Origin: Eubacteriales bacterium
GTDB taxonomy: Bacteria > Bacillota > Clostridia > Christensenellales > CAG-138
DNA length: 64,000 nucleotides
Direction: 5' to 3'
Assembly (NCBI GenBank): GCA_028694155.1
Contig: JAQUTY010000004.1
Coordinates: 13,773 to 77,772, forward strand
In this document: positions 27,994 to 37,206 of the stretch, in pieces
How the letters are laid out: every line of letters starts with the position of its first letter
Numbering within the stretch: the first letter of the stretch is position 1
Translations under genes and position numbers: made by a program
The notes under the pieces: generated by a model
Told to the model about the DNA's origin: nothing
Database searches by the model: none
What the model saw: only the letters and a program-made list of their open reading frames with translations

Positions 27994-29340
27994 ATGAACA
28001 GCTACATTGAAAGAGTGCTTGAAACAGTCAAGAAGCGTGACAAGAACGAACCAGAGTTCTTGCAGACAGTCGAGGAAGTTTTGAAGTCTTTGGAAGTCGT
28101 CGTCGAGCGTCATCCCGAGTATGAGAAGGCGGGTCTTTTGGAGCGCATGGTAGAACCAGAGCGTGTCATCGAGTTCCGTGTTCCTTGGATGGACGATAAT
28201 GGTGTGGTTCGTGTCAATCGCGGTTTCCGTGTTCAGTTCAACAGTGCGATTGGACCCTACAAGGGCGGTCTTCGCTTTGCTTCCCATGTAAATCTGTCGG
28301 TCATGAAGTTCCTTGCCTTTGAGCAGACCTTCAAAAACAGCCTCACATCTTTGCCCATGGGCGGTGGCAAGGGCGGTTCCGACTTCGATCCCAACGGCAA
28401 GTCCGATATGGAGATTATGCGTTTCTGCCAGAGCTTTATGACTGAGCTTTATCGTCACATTGGGCCCAACGTTGACGTTCCGGCAGGCGACATCGGCGTA
28501 GGTGGCAGAGAAATCGGCTTCCTGTTCGGTCAATATAAGCGTATTCGCAACGGCTTTGACAATGGCGTTCTGACGGGCAAGGGCAGAAGCTACGGCGGAA
28601 GTCTCATTCGTCCCGAAGCAACCGGTTGGGGTGCGGTGTACTATTTGGTCGAGGTGCTCAAGCACGAGCATGACAGCATTGAGGGCAAGACCATTGCAAT
28701 GTCGGGCTTTGGCAACGTTGCGTGGGGCGTAGCCATGAAGGCAAGCCAACTGGGCGCAAAGGTCGTCACCTTGGCAGGCCCTGACGGATATGTATTCGAT
28801 CCCGATGGCATCGGCACACAGGAGAAGTGGGATTATCTTCTTGAGATGCGCAACAGTGGCAGAAACCGTGCGCAGGACTATGCCGACAAGTTTGGCGTCA
28901 AGTTCTTTGCAGGTCAGAAGCCTTGGGGCGAAAAGGTCGACATCTGTATGCCCTGTGCATATCAGAATGAGATTGGCATGAAGGAAGCCCAGCAGATGAT
29001 TGACAATGGTGTCAAGTATTACATCGAAGTTGCCAACATGCCTACCACCAACGAAGCAATGTATTATCTGATGGATAAGGGCGTTCTGGTCGCCCCGTCC
29101 AAGGCAGTCAACGCAGGCGGCGTTTCCGTCTCGGGCCTTGAAATGAGCCAGAACTCCGAGCGTCTGAGCTGGTCTAAGGAAGAGGTTGACAAGTGGCTCA
29201 AGGAAATCATGGTCAACATTCATGCCGCATCCGCCGAAGCATCAGAGCATTGCGGAATGGGCTACAACCTCGTGGCAGGTGCAAACATTGCAGGCTTCCT
29301 AAAGGTCGCAGATGCAATGATGGCACAGGGCTTGGTATAA
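27994..29340 (+). CDS. gdhA: NADP-specific glutamate dehydrogenase
   Basis: GGAGG before ATG 27994; the listed start 27943 would include the promoter. VQFNSAIGPYKGGLRF, LPMGGGKGGSDFDPKG-type motif, full-length GDH. Confidence 0.93.
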   Translation: MNSYIERVLETVKKRDKNEPEFLQTVEEVLKSLEVVVERHPEYEKAGLLERMVEPERVIEFRVPWMDDNGVVRVNRGFRVQFNSAIGPYKGGLRFASHVNLSVMKFLAFEQTFKNSLTSLPMGGGKGGSDFDPNGKSDMEIMRFCQSFMTELYRHIGPNVDVPAGDIGVGGREIGFLFGQYKRIRNGFDNGVLTGKGRSYGGSLIRPEATGWGAVYYLVEVLKHEHDSIEGKTIAMSGFGNVAWGVAMKASQLGAKVVTLAGPDGYVFDPDGIGTQEKWDYLLEMRNSGRNRAQDYADKFGVKFFAGQKPWGEKVDICMPCAYQNEIGMKEAQQMIDNGVKYYIEVANMPTTNEAMYYLMDKGVLVAPSKAVNAGGVSVSGLEMSQNSERLSWSKEEVDKWLKEIMVNIHAASAEASEHCGMGYNLVAGANIAGFLKVADAMMAQGLV

Positions 29341-29368
29341 GAACCGTCCAGATACAATTAACCATTAC

Positions 29369-29408
29369 AGCTCCCCAAGGTTCAGCCTTTGGGAGCTTAA
29401 TTATTTTT
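29369..29408 (+). terminator. Rho-independent terminator of gdhA
   Basis: AGCTCCCCAAGG (29369-29380), loop TTCAG, CCTTTGGGAGCT (29386-29397), then a T-rich tail TAATTATTTTT. Confidence 0.65.
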
Positions 29409-29527
29409 CGCCATTAAGCCAAAAAACGCTTGACTTTACGCATATTTTACACCATCTTTACCTCCATTTGATTGAATTGTATGTTCGCATTGGATAAACT
29501 AAAAACAGGGAAATATGGGAGGAAAGC

Positions 29528-31312
29528 ATGAGTCCATTAGTTGAAGGCATTCTTTTATTTTGTTTGGGGCTGGCATTCACGCTGTTTGGCATGAATCAAA
29601 TGAGCCATGGATTGGAGCGCATGTCTGGCGGCAAGCTCGAACGTGTTCTTGAATCTGCAACCACTACGAAGTCTAAATATCCCATAATTGGCAGACTCAA
29701 GGGAATGATTATGGGCTGCGGCATAACTGCGCTTGTACAGAGTTCATCGTCCACGACCGTAATGACGGTTGGCTTTGTCAACTCAGGCATGATGAAGCTG
29801 GAACAGGCAGTGGGCATAATCATGGGCGCAAATATCGGCACGACCATTACGCTGTGGATTCTTGCACTCACGGGACTAAGCTCTGATCTTTGGTATGTAG
29901 CCATCTTCAAGCCGTCCACGTTCTCGCCCATTCTCGCCATTATCGGCATTGCACTTTTGATATTCTCCAAGCGCACACGCAGAAGAGATATGGGTACTAC
30001 ACTTGTCAGCTTTGCGGTTTTGATGTATGGCATGACCCTGATGAGCGATACCTGCAGCCTGCTTGCGGGCAACCCCATCGTTTCAGATATTTTTGCAGCT
30101 CTTGAAAATCCCATTCTGGGCTTGCTTGTAGGCGCAATATTCACCGGCGTGATACAAGCCTCCGCCGCCGCACTTGGTATCGTTCAGGCTCTTGCAGCGA
30201 CAGGAGTAATCACCTATCGAGCAGCGATACCGATAATACTGGGCACAAATATCGGAACCTGTGTCACCGCCCTTATAAGCTGCATCGGCGCATCTAAAAA
30301 TGCAAAGCGCACCGCCATGGTTCATCTGTATTTCAACATCATCGGCAGCGTGCTTTTGATGAGTATATTCTATCTGTTGGACGCAGTATTCAATTTCGGC
30401 TTTATGGATACGGCACTTGCACCGGTCAACATCGCTTTGATTCACACGATATTCAACGTTGCTGCAACCATGCTCCTGCTGCCGCTTGGCGGCATACTTG
30501 CAAAGCTCGCCATCAAGACGGTTCGGGACAAGCACGATGGAAAGGAAGTTCCGGTTACTCTCTTGGACGAGCGTTTCATCGCCACTCCGGGGTTTGCGGT
30601 TGAGCAATGCTCCACAGTAACCGACAAAATGGCGCATCTTGCCAAAGGAACCATGTACAACGCTCTCAGCACGCTCAATAAATGGGACGATGCTATGGCA
30701 AAGACCATCATTGAGGACGAGGATCACCTTGACCGCTATGAGGACAAGCTGGGAACATATCTTGTCAAATTGTCTGAACAGTCCCTAAATGAGGAGGAGA
30801 GCAAGCGCATCAACCAACTGCTGCATGTCATTGGAGACTTTGAGCGCATCGGCGACCATGCGCTGAACATACTTGATTCCGCCCGTGAGATGAAAGAGAA
30901 GAACCTTGTCTTTTCCGATGAGGCAAAGACCGAGATGAAGGTCATTATAGATGCTTTAGAGGAGATACTTGAGCTGTCCTTCAAGTCGTTCTTTGACAAC
31001 GATATGGAAGCTGCCAACCGTGTTGAGCCGCTTGAGGACGTGATTGACGTCTTGCAGCAGGAGCTTCGCACAAGACACATCGCAAGACTGCAAAAAGGCG
31101 ACTGCACCATTCAGCTTGGCTTTGTGTACAACGACCTTCTTTCGAACATTGAGCGTGTTTCAGACCATTGCTCCAACATCGCAGTAGACCTCATCGAGGT
31201 CACACAGGCGAAGTTTGACACCCACAAATATCTGAACGCCCTGAAGCTCTCGCCCACGGAACAGTACAGCGCATATGTCAAGGAGTATACCGATAAATAT
31301 ATGCTCGGCTAA
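29528..31312 (+). CDS. Na/Pi cotransporter family protein with C-terminal PhoU-like domains
   Basis: GGGAGGAAAG SD. Multi-TM N-half with duplicated NaPi-II motifs (QSSSSTTVMTVGFV, QASAAALGIVQAL). Helical C-half with PhoU-like repeats (IGDFERIGDHALNI, IERVSDHCSNIA). Confidence 0.8.
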   Translation: MSPLVEGILLFCLGLAFTLFGMNQMSHGLERMSGGKLERVLESATTTKSKYPIIGRLKGMIMGCGITALVQSSSSTTVMTVGFVNSGMMKLEQAVGIIMGANIGTTITLWILALTGLSSDLWYVAIFKPSTFSPILAIIGIALLIFSKRTRRRDMGTTLVSFAVLMYGMTLMSDTCSLLAGNPIVSDIFAALENPILGLLVGAIFTGVIQASAAALGIVQALAATGVITYRAAIPIILGTNIGTCVTALISCIGASKNAKRTAMVHLYFNIIGSVLLMSIFYLLDAVFNFGFMDTALAPVNIALIHTIFNVAATMLLLPLGGILAKLAIKTVRDKHDGKEVPVTLLDERFIATPGFAVEQCSTVTDKMAHLAKGTMYNALSTLNKWDDAMAKTIIEDEDHLDRYEDKLGTYLVKLSEQSLNEEESKRINQLLHVIGDFERIGDHALNILDSAREMKEKNLVFSDEAKTEMKVIIDALEEILELSFKSFFDNDMEAANRVEPLEDVIDVLQQELRTRHIARLQKGDCTIQLGFVYNDLLSNIERVSDHCSNIAVDLIEVTQAKFDTHKYLNALKLSPTEQYSAYVKEYTDKYMLG

Positions 31313-32064
31313 TCCGACCAACGGGCAAGACGCTCGCGCATCCACCCGTAAACATCCATAGAATAAACTTTTTTGAGGTTGTCCTGCGAAAGGACGGCCT
31401 CAGTTTTTCCCAAATCCACAATTCTGCCCCTATCCAACAGCAGCGACTGTGAGCCGTAGCATTTTGCCAAATCAAGATCGTGCACCACCGATATGACAGC
31501 ACGGTTTGGTTCCTTTACCCAGTTGCAAATAAGCTCGAACACCTGCTTTTGATAAACCAAATCGAGATGGTTTGTGGGTTCATCCAGTATCAAAAGTTGG
31601 GGATTCTGGGCAAACACCTGCGCCAAGAAGGTGCGCTGAAGCTCGCCGCCCGATAGCGTTAAAAGGGACTGGTTCTCAATTTCCGTTAGCCCGGTTATCT
31701 CAAGAGCACGCCTAACGCTCGTGTCGTCATCACACCCAGAGGAGAAAAAGCCCTTTTTGTGCGCATATCTGCCAAGCCGCACTACCTCGCCAACCGTGAA
31801 CGAATAACCAACTCTCTGTCCCTGCGCAAGTACGCCTATGCGCCGTGCAAGCTCAATGGGCTTGTACACGGAGATGTCCTTACCCTCAAATAGAACGGTG
31901 CCAGTATAAGGAATGCCTTTGGATATAGCGTTGACAATGGTGGATTTTCCTGCGCCGTTAGGCCCAACTAGCATAAGCCATTCGCCTCTGGCAACATCAA
32001 AACTCACGTCATTAACTATGGTGGAAGAGCCGTATCGCACGGTGAGATTTCTAACTTCAAGCAT
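31309..32064 (-). CDS. btuD: ABC transporter ATP-binding protein (corrinoid/iron-chelate type)
   Basis: Walker A GPNGAGKST, signature LSGGELQR, Walker B LLILDEPTNHLD. Last gene of the B12-riboswitch operon. Its stop overlaps the convergent Na/Pi stop by 4 nt. Confidence 0.7.
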   Translation of the reverse strand: MLEVRNLTVRYGSSTIVNDVSFDVARGEWLMLVGPNGAGKSTIVNAISKGIPYTGTVLFEGKDISVYKPIELARRIGVLAQGQRVGYSFTVGEVVRLGRYAHKKGFFSSGCDDDTSVRRALEITGLTEIENQSLLTLSGGELQRTFLAQVFAQNPQLLILDEPTNHLDLVYQKQVFELICNWVKEPNRAVISVVHDLDLAKCYGSQSLLLDRGRIVDLGKTEAVLSQDNLKKVYSMDVYGWMRERLARWSD

Positions 32065-33055
32065 GGCGTGACCTCACGGATCTAAAGAATATAAACACAA
32101 ACACCACCGCACCAATAAGCGAGGTCACAACGCCAACAGGTAATTCCAAGGGAGATACAATTACCCTTGCTACAAGGTCGGCAAGCATCAAAAAACATGC
32201 GCCGCAATACATCGAGGCGGCAAGGAGCTTCTTGTGGTTTGGGCCCAAAATGAGCCGCACCATGTGGGGTATCACCAAGCCTACAAAGGCTATTGTGCCG
32301 CCTACCGATACACACACGCCGATGAGAACGGACACAGCAATGAGTATAATCAATCGCTCACGGCGCACGTTCACGCCGATGTGCCGTGCATTGTCCTCAC
32401 CGATGGCAAAGGCGTTCAGCTCTGATGCTCTTGACAGAATTACCGCCGCACAAAGGGCAAGCGTCACAAGCAGCACCAGTGCGTTTGTATAGCTGCTGCC
32501 CGACAGAGTACCCATCGTCCAGCGTGTAATATCACGAAGGCGGTCGCTGGAAAAATACATCATCAGGCTTATCATGCTTGAGGCAAACATGGAAAAGATG
32601 ATGCCGATTAGGATTATCGTGTTGGTTGCAAGCGAGCAATCGAGCTTGTAGGCAAGGGACAGAATGATGATGAGCGACAGAAAAGCAAACAGCACAGCCA
32701 TTACCATCGTGCCTGCAAAGGGGAGAGAGGGGATTGAGATTGAAAGTGTAATGGCAAGCACGGCACCAAGCGATGCGCCTGAGCTTACGCCAAGCGTTGA
32801 GCCGTCCGCCAAGGGATTTTTCAGCAATCCCTGCATGGCAGCACCGCAAAGTGACAGACTTGCGCCGGATAGTGCCACGCATAGCACACGAGGCAGACGC
32901 ACATTCAAAATGATTGAGCTTGACAGCAGCTCATCCGGCGGCACACTCACACTGCCCAAGCACACGCACAGCAACATTGTAACCAGCGTGAACACGGACA
33001 ATGCGATGTATGTCAGAACGGATAGCCCCTCTTTTTTTCCACCCTTATGCTCCAT
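32057..33055 (-). CDS. btuC: FecCD-family ABC permease (corrinoid/iron-chelate type)
   Basis: About 9 TM helices with typical FecCD motifs (RLPRVL, GASLSLCGAAMQGLLKNPLADGSTLGVSSGASLGA). Start ambiguous: ATG 33055, 33067 or 33085, none with a clear SD. Confidence 0.7.
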   Translation of the reverse strand: MEHKGGKKEGLSVLTYIALSVFTLVTMLLCVCLGSVSVPPDELLSSSIILNVRLPRVLCVALSGASLSLCGAAMQGLLKNPLADGSTLGVSSGASLGAVLAITLSISIPSLPFAGTMVMAVLFAFLSLIIILSLAYKLDCSLATNTIILIGIIFSMFASSMISLMMYFSSDRLRDITRWTMGTLSGSSYTNALVLLVTLALCAAVILSRASELNAFAIGEDNARHIGVNVRRERLIILIAVSVLIGVCVSVGGTIAFVGLVIPHMVRLILGPNHKKLLAASMYCGACFLMLADLVARVIVSPLELPVGVVTSLIGAVVFVFIFFRSVRSRHA

Positions 33056-33941
33056 AGACAAACTCATACAGCGACTCAAACGCATTTACCAGTCTGGGAG
33101 AGGGACGGCTTATCTCGTTGGAATCGGCATTGAATACCTTGCCGTTTTTAATTGCCGTCATATCCTGCCAACCAGCACGAGCCATAATTTCATCAACAGG
33201 GGTTGCCCCTTCGCCGTAGTACATCGCAATGGTGACAATATAGTCCGGATTGCGTGCAATGACCTGCTCCTGCGATATTTCCGCCCAGCCGACTACGTCC
33301 GAAAAGGCGTTTTTCAGCCCCATAAGCGAAGCAAGCTCGTCCATAAACGTTCCGCTTCCTGCTGTCCAAAGCCCATACTCAAGCGGTGAGACTTCAAAAT
33401 AGATTGTCTCCGTGCCATCGCCCTTACTGTCGATATTCTCGAAGCTGGATTTCATGCTCTTGCACAATGCGTCTGCCTGAGCGGACTTGCCAACCAGCGA
33501 ACCGATGAGCGCAATCGAGCGATATACGCCGTCAATATCCTGCGCATCTGAAACAACAACCGCAATACCTGCGTTACTTAGTGCCTCGACCTGTTCAACG
33601 GTCTGCCCCATTTTAGTCATTATGACCACCTGCGGCTCAAGGCCGATTATCTGCTCAAGATTTGTTTCATAGCCCGATTGCACGGAAGGAACGGACTCAA
33701 CCGCCTCAGGATAGTCGCAATACTCGCCACGACCAACCAGCGTATCGCCTGCACCAAGCGCAAACAGAATTTCGCAATCAGAGGCGGACAGCGCAACAAT
33801 GCGTGTTGCAGGCGCATCAAGCGAGATTACACGGTCGGTCATGTCTGTCACGGTATAACCGCTTTGCGCAGGTTCATTCTTACCGCATCCGCACAGCAAC
33901 AGCGCACAGAGCAGCAGGACAATAATGATGTTTTTCTTCAT
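33045..33941 (-). CDS. btuF: Corrinoid/iron-chelate ABC substrate-binding lipoprotein (BtuF-like)
   Basis: Lipoprotein signal MKKNIIIVLLLCALLLCGCG. Cluster-A periplasmic-binding fold motifs (RIVALSASDCEILFALGAGDTLVG, PDYIV). First gene downstream of the cobalamin riboswitch. Confidence 0.7.
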   Translation of the reverse strand: MKKNIIIVLLLCALLLCGCGKNEPAQSGYTVTDMTDRVISLDAPATRIVALSASDCEILFALGAGDTLVGRGEYCDYPEAVESVPSVQSGYETNLEQIIGLEPQVVIMTKMGQTVEQVEALSNAGIAVVVSDAQDIDGVYRSIALIGSLVGKSAQADALCKSMKSSFENIDSKGDGTETIYFEVSPLEYGLWTAGSGTFMDELASLMGLKNAFSDVVGWAEISQEQVIARNPDYIVTIAMYYGEGATPVDEIMARAGWQDMTAIKNGKVFNADSNEISRPSPRLVNAFESLYEFVYGA

Positions 33942-34044
33942 AAAAACACCCCCTCATATTATTCAAACGAACAGCCGAGAAGGGGCAAAAAATTGACCGC
34001 TTCCCCGTTTGGGAAGTAGCCAAAGAGCATGGCAACAGCCATAC

Positions 34045-34257
34045 TTACTCGTTCTTCCTCGGGAACATTATGTGTAAACAGGTCTCCCGACTTGGCTTCG
34101 TCCTCAGGAACGCCTTCCCATCAATAGACAGTGGCTCATTTGTCCCTTCGTCAGCTTCACGGTTACCGAGATAGTTCGGAACTCTCATCCGCATTCCCAT
34201 CACAGCTTCTGCTGCGGCACGACACGACTCGTGCAGATACACATGCTATTCGTTTGT
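34045..34257 (-). promoter_or_regulatory. Cobalamin (B12) riboswitch
   Basis: Minus strand contains GATGGGAATGCGGATGAGAGTTCCG, GAGCCACTGTCT...GATGGGAAGGCG and the B12 box GCCAAGTCGGGAGACCTGT (plus-strand 34078-34097). Sits between a consensus promoter and the btuF-like gene. Ends are approximate. Confidence 0.8.
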
Positions 34258-34263
34258 AATCGG

Positions 34264-34292
34264 ATTATATCATCAGCGGTTTGCTTTGTCAA
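34264..34292 (-). promoter_or_regulatory. Consensus sigma-A promoter driving the B12 riboswitch operon
   Basis: Minus strand reads TTGACA (34292-34287), exactly 17 nt, TGaTATAAT (-10 at 34269-34264). Starts 10 nt downstream of the stop of the FAD-protein gene. Confidence 0.65.
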
Positions 34293-34301
34293 ACGAGATG
34301 G

Positions 34302-35903
34302 TCAGTCCTTATACTCAAAAATGACCTGTTCGGCAGCCTTTAGCCCGTCCACGGCGGCAGATACAATTCCACCTGCGTAGCCTGCGCCCTCACCGATGGG
34401 ATACAGACCACGAACCGTGGGCGATTGCAGCGTATCATCACGCAGGATTCTCAAAGGCGAGCTTGTTCTGCTTTCGACCGCCGTTAAAACTGAATCGTTA
34501 AGGTCGTAGCCCTTGAGCTGTCGTGCAAAGCTCTTGATACCGTCACGAACACCTTGATACACAAAATCGGGCAAACAGTCCCTCATGTCCACGGGCTTGA
34601 CTCCGGGACGATAGGTGGGCTTTACTGAGCCAAAGTGCTTTGTGGCAACGCCTTTCAATATATCACCTACCAAACAGGCAGGCGCAACGCCATCTCCGCC
34701 ACCCAAGTTGAATGCGTCCTTTTCAAGCTGCTCACGGAATTTAAGACCGTCCAGCGGCTCATATCCGTAATCATCGGGCGTGACCTGAACCACTATTGCA
34801 GCGTTGGCATTTTCCCCATCACGGGCATAGTCGCTCATGCCGTTGGTCACGACCTGCTTATCTGCGGAGGCAGAGCCGATGACTTTTCCGCCCGGACACA
34901 TACAAAAGGTGTATACTCCTCGTTCACCACTCTTGCCGGTTAGAGCATAGGAGGCGGCACCAAGGCGTGGGTGATTGTAAAAATCGCCATATTGCGAACG
35001 ATTTATCATAACTTGCGGATGCTCCGCACGAACTCCCACAGCGAAAGCCTTTGGAGCAAGTGCCAAGCCTTTATTGAAGAGCATTCTGTATGTGTCGCCT
35101 GCACCCTGTCCGATTGCAAGCAATAGCGCACAGCAGGGAATACGCAGGGTTTCACAACCCGAAAAAATAGTGATGGTATCCAGTTGACCGTTTGCGCAGT
35201 GGAAATCGACCAGCTCGGTTGAGAATAGTACCTGACCGCCCAGAGTCTCAATTTCCTTTCGCATATTGACTATGACCTCACGCAGCTTATCGGTTCCAAT
35301 ATGCGGCTTTGCAAGGTATTCTATCTCCTTGGGCGCACCGCAGGATATGAGCTTGCGAAGCACCTTTGTGATGCGCTCGTCCTTAATGCGTGTGGTGAGC
35401 TTGCCGTCCGAAAAAGTACCTGCGCCGCCCTCGCCAAACACAGCGTTGCTGTTGCGAAGCACCTTGCCCGAACGCCAAAACTCCTCAACGTCCGCTTTGC
35501 GCTCGTCCATGCACTTACCACGCTCGAGTACCAAGGGCTTGTAGCCCTCCTGCGCCAACTGCCATGCTGCAAACAGACCGCACGGGCCAAGACCGACAAC
35601 TGCAATTCTGCCACGCTGTTCACGTTTACCGTGCTTTAGCGGAGTGAGTCTAAGCGGCGGCAGTTCAGATGCTTTCTTTTGAGCAATCATTTTCTGCGCC
35701 GTTGCATCGTCCATGGTCAACGCTGCATGGACTGAAAAGCAAACATCGTTTTTCTTGCGTGCATCAATGGCTTGACGCACGATTCTAACGCCGCTGATGC
35801 AATCTTTGGATAGGGAAAGCTGCCCAGCAAACAGGGAAGGATATTCCTGTGGGTCAATCTGCAAGGGCAGCTTTAGATTCTGAACCAATACTGTTTTTGA
35901 CAT
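34302..35903 (-). CDS. FAD-dependent protein (COG2509-type uncharacterised dehydrogenase)
   Basis: Dinucleotide-binding IAVVGLGPCGLFAAWQLAQEGYKPLVLERG, then FGEGGAGTFSDGKLTT and C-terminal GEGAGYAGGIVSAAVDG, typical of this family. Confidence 0.75.
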   Translation of the reverse strand: MSKTVLVQNLKLPLQIDPQEYPSLFAGQLSLSKDCISGVRIVRQAIDARKKNDVCFSVHAALTMDDATAQKMIAQKKASELPPLRLTPLKHGKREQRGRIAVVGLGPCGLFAAWQLAQEGYKPLVLERGKCMDERKADVEEFWRSGKVLRNSNAVFGEGGAGTFSDGKLTTRIKDERITKVLRKLISCGAPKEIEYLAKPHIGTDKLREVIVNMRKEIETLGGQVLFSTELVDFHCANGQLDTITIFSGCETLRIPCCALLLAIGQGAGDTYRMLFNKGLALAPKAFAVGVRAEHPQVMINRSQYGDFYNHPRLGAASYALTGKSGERGVYTFCMCPGGKVIGSASADKQVVTNGMSDYARDGENANAAIVVQVTPDDYGYEPLDGLKFREQLEKDAFNLGGGDGVAPACLVGDILKGVATKHFGSVKPTYRPGVKPVDMRDCLPDFVYQGVRDGIKSFARQLKGYDLNDSVLTAVESRTSSPLRILRDDTLQSPTVRGLYPIGEGAGYAGGIVSAAVDGLKAAEQVIFEYKD

Positions 35904-35913
35904 TATAATCCTT

Positions 35914-37206
35914 CTAGCCGCGAGAGTTATCGCCCGCTACCTTGGGTGCGAGTGACAGAGAAATCCTCAGAGTGTCGGACTTGATTATAAACGTATAATC
36001 GCCGTTGTAGGTGACGGTAACAAGCACATTGAAGACTCCAGCCTCGTAGTTGCGAAGGTCAACAACGGCAGCAAAGTCGGACGCCAAAGTAGTGTCAAGC
36101 TCCTTCTTCTTTCCCGTAACCAGAACAGTAATTTCTCGTATAGCATCGTCGGGCAGCTCAAGCGCATCGGACAAGCCGGTATATTCGATGGGGATAACGA
36201 ACTTGCGCTCCTCCTGGGCGTCACGCACCACGATGGTTGCACGCACGGTCTTCTGCTGACCCAAGCGCAGCGACACGCCATCGGGCAGAATGAGGGCGAT
36301 GGTTTCGGTGACAGTGGTATCGACCATGTCGGCAGTGATGGGTATTTTCTCTGTCAAAACAGAGGTAATGCCCGCAAGACTCTCATTGCTTCCCAGCAGG
36401 TCTATTGAGTCGAAGTTCAGGGTGATGTCAACATCCAAGTATTCCGTATCATATTCGGACAAATCAAGCTCGATAGGAACGGCGTACAGCACGGACGACA
36501 CTGATAGCTGAACGACCATGTTGGGCTGCTCGCCTGTGCGGGTAATGACGTCTATCTCGTTGCCATCGGCGTCATAGAAAGTGACGTTGACGGAGCTTTC
36601 GTAATCCTCGGTAAGCCCATCAATAGGTACTCTGACAACAGCTTTTGTGACAGGCTCGATATAGCGTGCTGCACCCTCAATGGCTATTGAGTTGGCAATC
36701 GTCTGACCTGTAATCTCATAGCCTGAAGGCATTTCCCCCTCAAGCTCCAGCTTGACAGGGACGGGCTTTGTTACAAGGCTATCAACAACAACGGATATGG
36801 TTGAAGGCGAAATTGACGCAACTGTGCCCAAATCGCTCTGTACTGAGGCGTTGACAGGAATCTGATATGTTCCGGGTGCGGTTATTGTAGCAACACTGGC
36901 GGTGCAGTTGACACGAGATGCGCTGAGCTTGCTGTGATTGTTTATGTTTGCAGAAACGCTCACGCTGGCCGATCCGCTGCCGCTTTCGACCACAATTAGG
37001 TTGCGGTTCATCAAATCAGTAGTGCCGGAAAGGGAGATAGGAACCCCTGTTACCACCTTTACCTGAACAGGATTGATTGAGGACATGACATAGCCCCAAA
37101 GAACGATGGCAAAAACAAGGGCGACAATCTTTATACCCACATTTTTGGTTGCAAAGTTCTTGAGACCTTGGAGGAGCGAACGGAAAAATCTACGACTTCT
37201 GCTCAT
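35914..37206 (-). CDS. cdaR: YbbR-domain protein, CdaA regulator
   Basis: N-terminal TM, then repeated YbbR-like beta domains. 4-nt overlap with the upstream cdaA, the conserved cdaA-cdaR arrangement. Confidence 0.75.
   Translation of the reverse strand: MSRSRRFFRSLLQGLKNFATKNVGIKIVALVFAIVLWGYVMSSINPVQVKVVTGVPISLSGTTDLMNRNLIVVESGSGSASVSVSANINNHSKLSASRVNCTASVATITAPGTYQIPVNASVQSDLGTVASISPSTISVVVDSLVTKPVPVKLELEGEMPSGYEITGQTIANSIAIEGAARYIEPVTKAVVRVPIDGLTEDYESSVNVTFYDADGNEIDVITRTGEQPNMVVQLSVSSVLYAVPIELDLSEYDTEYLDVDITLNFDSIDLLGSNESLAGITSVLTEKIPITADMVDTTVTETIALILPDGVSLRLGQQKTVRATIVVRDAQEERKFVIPIEYTGLSDALELPDDAIREITVLVTGKKKELDTTLASDFAAVVDLRNYEAGVFNVLVTVTYNGDYTFIIKSDTLRISLSLAPKVAGDNSRG

Noticed and set aside
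27913-29223. 436-aa ORF on the minus strand
   Set aside because: It is exactly antisense to gdhA, whose plus-strand product has unmistakable glutamate dehydrogenase motifs. This is a shadow ORF with no SD and an odd composition.
34045-34242. 65-aa minus-strand ORF upstream of the btuF-like gene
   Set aside because: It coincides with the cobalamin riboswitch (B12 box and GCCACTG/GGGAAGGC motifs) and has no SD.
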